A stretch of DNA of 64,000 bases from Octopus vulgaris. Taxonomy: Eukaryota. Positions within the stretch are counted from its first letter, which is position 1, and every line of letters begins with the position of its first letter. The notes under the pieces are model-generated. The model was not told the DNA's origin. It saw only the letters and a program-made list of their open reading frames with translations, and did no database searches. Positions 58,641 through 64,000 of the stretch are shown here, piece after piece. A program made the translations under genes and the position numbers. The DNA lies in contig OX597820.1 in assembly GCA_951406725.2 (NCBI GenBank), positions 40,610,001 to 40,674,000 of the forward strand. The letters are read 5' to 3'.

Positions 58641-59534
58641 ATAAATAAGGTTTTTCAATTCAATTCAATTTTTATTGGCTCAAAAAGCAAAAGCAAGGCT
58701 ATGTAGGGGGACAAGGAGTTATGTACAGGGAGGGTGGTCATACAAAGAATTCAGGCTATTTCTGGTCAAGAGAGACTCTGAACCGAGCAGTCGTCGGCAT
58801 CTTCACTATCTCGTCCGGCGGCTTATTCCACGGATCCTCAAGCTCAGAGAGGCAGCTTCTTCCGGAGTTTGGAAAGCCATCGATATTTTTTTGGCATCGG
58901 TGTCTCTCGTAAGGTTGGCCGGGTGCACTTGAATTCTAGGGATCAAAGAGTTCGTTTGGATTATGCACTATTTTGTTGGTCATGGACTGTAGAATGTGAA
59001 ATCGAATAACAATGAAAATAGTACCAAAAAAATTGTTATACAATAGAAGTCTGATGTATAAGCATACGAAAAGGAAAATAAATATGGAATTGACTGGTAT
59101 GAAATTAAATAGCTGAACTAGGTGTCTATAAAAAATACACACGCACACAGGTGCGCTTGCAGACACACACACACAAGCACACACAAACACACACACACTT
59201 ATACACAGACAGAGTTTATTTCCTCTTTAGAATCTATATATTTGGCCAACAGGTTTATAGACTTTAACAACTTTTATTATTTGGAAGTTAGAATAGTAAC
59301 GTATACTTTTCATATCACTGAGACTGGTGGTAGAGAGACCAGTGAGGTACACTTTAAGGTAATTAGATTTAATTATTGGTAAGCTCAACTGAAGACACAG
59401 ATGTATATGTGTAGAGAGATTAATATGTACGTGTGTACGTATATAGACATATATATGCATATACATACATACATGCATATATATATATATATGCATGTAT
59501 GTATGTATATGCATATATATATATACTTATACAT

Positions 59535-62500
59535 TCATGTCAGGTCTCCGCTTGGAGCTACTGGTAACATGTAACCCAGTACAACCTGTTACATGGTCGG
59601 GTCGTTGGCGACTAAACTGGCAACCCCACCAAGATTTCTTGGTGAGGAGGGTGATTTGGACACCCAGCAGGACTAAAAACAAAACCTGTCAAAGGGCAGA
59701 GGAACTCTCTCATGAGTCAATGGCCATCCAAAATCCGGAGTGGAGCCCCTAAGGCGGTTGGATTGCGCCATGCGTGCCACCTTCCGGCAGCTCCTGCATC
59801 TTGGTCTACCCCCAGTCGTCTTGACTTTGTCTTGCCACTGGATCCGGCGCACCAGGACGAGAGAGTGAGGCTGATCCTGCGCAAGTCACCCTCACTATAA
59901 TCCAAGTCACGCGCATGTCACGACATCATGACGCCATGACACCATCCCAAAGTCCTGTGGCGATGGGGAAACGGCGAAGTAGCAGGTGAGGATACACTGG
60001 GAGCTGCAGTCGTGAACCCACACACAGGCGGCTCAGGACATGTGGTCGCCCCTCACTGAACTGAGGCAGCAGTGGAGTCCGGCAGCCTCCTGAGTGACCG
60101 AGCAGCCCTCTTCAGGATCGCTCTGCTCGCCTCCCCAGCATGAGGACGGGGCTAGAAAAGGTTGCCCTAAACATAGCCTGCCTCACCTCACCCTGGTCAG
60201 CAAACCGCGGCTGGCGGGGATCCTTTCCAAGCGGTCGAAACAAAGAAAGAAGAAAACAAACAAAGGTGCTCACTTTCGCAACTTGGAACGTGAGAACTCT
60301 GCTTGACAACACCAAAGCGGACAGACCAGAGAGACGAACTGCCCTGGTGGCCAGAGAACTGAGCCGATACAGTGTCGATATTGCAGCACTGAGCGAGACC
60401 CGCCTTGCGGACAAAGGCCAGCTGACAGAGACAGGCGGCGGCTACACTTTCTTTTGGAGTGGTCGCAGCAGCGAAGAGCGTCGTGAGGCTGGTGTTGGTT
60501 TTGCCATTAAGTCAGTACACGTGCGGAAACTGGAAAGCCCCCCGAGGGTATCAACGATCGGCTGATGAAGATGCAGCTCCCACTTGGAAACAAGACTAGT
60601 GCGACCATCATCAGTGCTTACGCCCCCACCATGACCAACCCTGAAGAAGTTAAGGACAGGTTCTATGAGGAACTCGACTCCCTCATCACGTCAGCCCAGC
60701 CTGGGAAGCTCATCCTCCTTGGGGATTTTAACGCCCGTGTCGGGACTGACCACCAAGCCTGGCATCGCGTACTGGGAAAGCAAGGAATCGGAAAGTGCAA
60801 CAGCAACGGACAGCTCCTCCTGCGTGCGTGTGCCTCTCATGATCTTACCATCGCCAACACCTTGTTCCGTCTGCCAACACGCAACAAGACATCATGGATG
60901 CATCCACGCTCCAAACACTGGCATCTGATAGATTACGTCATCGTCAGGGCGAAAGACAGGCGGGACGTGAGACTGGTCAAAGCCATGTGCGGAGCTGACT
61001 GCTGGACGGACCATCGCCTCATCATCTCCAGGATGGATTTCTACATCCGACCTAAGAGAAGACCACAGGGTCAGAAAGTGACGAGGAAGCTTAACATCAC
61101 GAAATTAAAGAACCAGCTGACTGCACAAGATCTCCAGTCACGTATGGACAGTAAGCTGTTGGACATTCGGAGTGACCAGTCCAGCATCGATGAGCAGTGG
61201 GAATCATTCAGGGACACGGTTCATTCCATCGCCCTTGAAACTCTGGGCCAAATTACGAGGAACCACCAGGACTGGTTCGACGAAAACGACCAGGAAATCC
61301 AAAAGCTCCTGGAAGAGAAACGCCGTCTGCTGCGGGCTCACCAAAATGACACCACCTGCACGGCAAAGAAGGCCGCTTTCAACAACATTCGCAGCACAGT
61401 CCAGGCTAAACTCCGCCTCATGCAAGACGCATGGTTAAGCGCCAAGGCGGATGAGATTCAGGGATACGCAGACAAACACGACACCAAGAAATTCTACGAG
61501 GCGCTGAAAGCTGTCTATGGACCGCAGTTCTCCTTTGGATCAACCCCCCTGCTCAGCTCAGATGGAACCTCACTCCTGACTAACAAGAGGCTGATCCTGG
61601 AGAGATGGGCGGAGCACTTCAACATCGTGCTCAACCGACCAGCTCAGATCAACGAGGAAGCCATCGCACGACTCCCCCAGGTGCTGACAAACCACGAGTT
61701 GGCTGTTCCCCCTGCAGTCGAGGAAGTGAGCAGAGCCATCAAAAAAATGTCCACCGGCAAAGCTCCAGGCTCTGACGCCATCCCTGCAGAGGTGTTCAAG
61801 TCGGGCGGCCCCACCATGATCAGTCAGCTCACCAGCCTGTTCCAGTCGATGTGGGACAGGGAACAACTCCCTCAAGATTTCCGGGATGCAACAATCGTTC
61901 ACATTTATAAGCGGAAAGGAGATCGGCAGTCCTGCGACAACCACCGAGGTATTTCCCTCTTGTCCATAGCAGGCAAGATCCTGGCCCGGGTCCTGCTTGA
62001 CCGCCTTCTGGAACACTTGGAGCAAGGCCTTCTCCCTGAGAGCCAGTGTGGCTTCCGTGCGGGTCGAGGGACCACTGACATGATATTCGCCACCCGCCAG
62101 CTCCAGGAGAAATGCATGGAGCAGCACCTTGACCTCTGCATGACCTTTGTTGACCTCACCAAGGCCTTTGATACAGTCAGTCGGGAGGGACTATGGAAGG
62201 TCATGGGAAAATTTGGTTGCCCCAGCAAATTTATTGCAATTGTCCGCCAGTTCCACGACGGAATGACAGCCAGAATCCTTGAAGACGGCGACTCATCTGA
62301 AGCCTTCCAGGTGACCAACGGAGTCAGGCAGGGCTGTGTCCTGGCCCCAACACTGTTCAGCATCATGTTCTCGGCAATGATGTCCGACGCCTTTAGGGAC
62401 TGCAAGTCCGGTATCAACATCAAGTACAGGACAGACGGGAAACTTTTCAACTCCAGGAGATTGCAGGCTGTCACAAAGGTGAGGGAGACAGTCGTCAGAG

Positions 62501-63513
62501 ACTTTCTCTTTGCTGACGACTGCGCCCTTAATGCAATCGATGAGCAGGAGATGCAGCTCGAGATGGACAGGTTCTCATCAGCCTGTGACAACTTCGGTCT
62601 CACCATCAGTGCAAAGAAAACTGAAGTGATGTTTCAGCCAGCCCCCGGCAAACAATACCATGAGCCTCAGATAAGGGTGAACGGACGGATCCTACGAGTG
62701 GTGGAAAACTTCACCTACCTGGGCAGCACTCTCTCCTGCAATGCCAACATAGATGCTGAAACCATCAACAGAATCTCCAAGGCAAGCAGCGCGTTTGGGA
62801 GACTGCGAAAGAAAGTCTGGGAGCGGAGAGGAATCAGCCTCAACACCAAGCTGAAAGTCTACCGGGCAGTCGTGCTTACCACCCTACTATACGGCTGCGA
62901 GACGTGGACTGCTTACCGAAGGCACGAGCGCCAGATAAACCACTTCCATCTCAGGTGTCTTCGGAATCTCCTTCACATCCGCTGGCAGGACAAAGTCCCA
63001 GACACGGAAGTTCTGAAGCAGGCAGATCTCCCTAGCACCATCACAATCATGCGCAAGGCCCAGCTGAGATGGGCGGGCCACGTCTCCCGCATGTCCGACA
63101 CTCGCATCCCAAAACAGCTCTTCTACGGTGAACTCGGCCAGGGCAGGCGCAAAGTCGGAGGGCAGAAAAAGCGCTACAAGGATAGTCTCAAGGTCTCTCT
63201 CAAAGACTTCTCCATCGGAACAGAGACCTGGGAGACACTTGCTGCCAACCGCTCATCCTGGCGCAGCGCAATCACCGTGGGAGCAGGGACAGCCGAGGAG
63301 GGACGGATTCGGTCAGCGGAGCAGAAACGTCAGATGCGTAAAGTCAGAGCCGCCTGCACCAGTAGCACTGCCCCTACCCACTTCTGCCCCACCTGTGGGA
63401 GGGGTTTCCTTGCCCGTATTGGCCTCACCAGCCACCTCCAGTCTCATGGCGGCAGTTCCATCAGATGATGTCAGTTGGTCATCTTCGAACCGAAGGACGA
63501 ACATTATCATTAT
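59535..63513 (+). mobile_element. Full-length RTE-clade LINE
   Basis: 13-bp TSD tatacttatacat at 59522-59534 and 63514-63526. 5' UTR of about 600 nt, a single EN-RT ORF, a short 3' UTR and a (cattat) tail. Confidence 0.93.
60140..63468 (+). CDS. RTE polyprotein: AP endonuclease, reverse transcriptase and C-terminal C2H2 finger; one frameshift near 60540
   Basis: EN motifs TWNVRTL, LSET, GDFNA, IDYV and TDH. RT motifs QCGFR, VDLTKAFD, GVRQG and FADD. C-terminal CPTC...H...H. ORFs 60140-60565 and 60565-63468 fuse if one C is added to the C6 run at 60538-60543. Confidence 0.9.
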
Positions 63514-63549
63514 TATACTTATACATATTTTATATACATATATATGCAT

Positions 63550-63590
<41 letters not shown>

Positions 63591-64000
63591 CTGTTATACA
63601 TATGCATACACATCCATACATATATCTAATTGCATACACGCACACACGCGCACGCTCGCACGTACACACACATACACATGCACACACCCGCACACACACA
63701 CACACACATGCACACACACATACACACAAACATATACATGCATATATACCCAGCATTCGAAACAGATGTTACAAGTACAATACCGGTGTGTTAGTATATA
63801 TTCTTGGAATGTGCATATAATCTTGCATTTACATGTGTATGAGTGTGTGTGTGTGTGTATGCGTGCGTACGAGTCTGTGCTTATGCGCACGCACGTGTGC
63901 GTATATATTTGTATTTGCGTGGATAAATCGGTAAAATACATATGTATGTATATAAAGAGAATGTACACGTATTTATGTACACACATATGAAGAAATGTAA

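Noticed and set aside
61570-62606. Antisense ORFs of 185 and 233 aa
   Set aside because: They are shadows of the GC-rich RTE reading frame.

Overview
AT-rich, microsatellite-saturated eukaryotic non-coding DNA with no host gene exon I can support. The SINE and LINE content suggests a cephalopod (octopus-like) genome; this is inference. Mobile DNA includes a full-length RTE LINE with a 13-bp TSD and one homopolymer frameshift (59535-63513), plus fragments of CR1/L2-group, R4/Dong, CRE-like and L1/Tx1 LINEs. There are also three SINE families, and hAT, Merlin-like, Ginger-like, mariner and Helitron non-autonomous elements. The main find is at 45351-49315: six near-identical ~493-bp tandem units joined head-to-head to two inverted units. 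Each unit carries a complete type I hammerhead ribozyme (CUGAAGA/GAAA/GUA core, 8-bp stem I, unusually long G:U-rich stem II insertion). This looks like a retrozyme-type circular-RNA retroelement integrated into the TA microsatellite of a SINE. Two smaller, unrelated palindromes with outward-pointing hammerheads (1172-1614, 36568-36867) show the same geometry.
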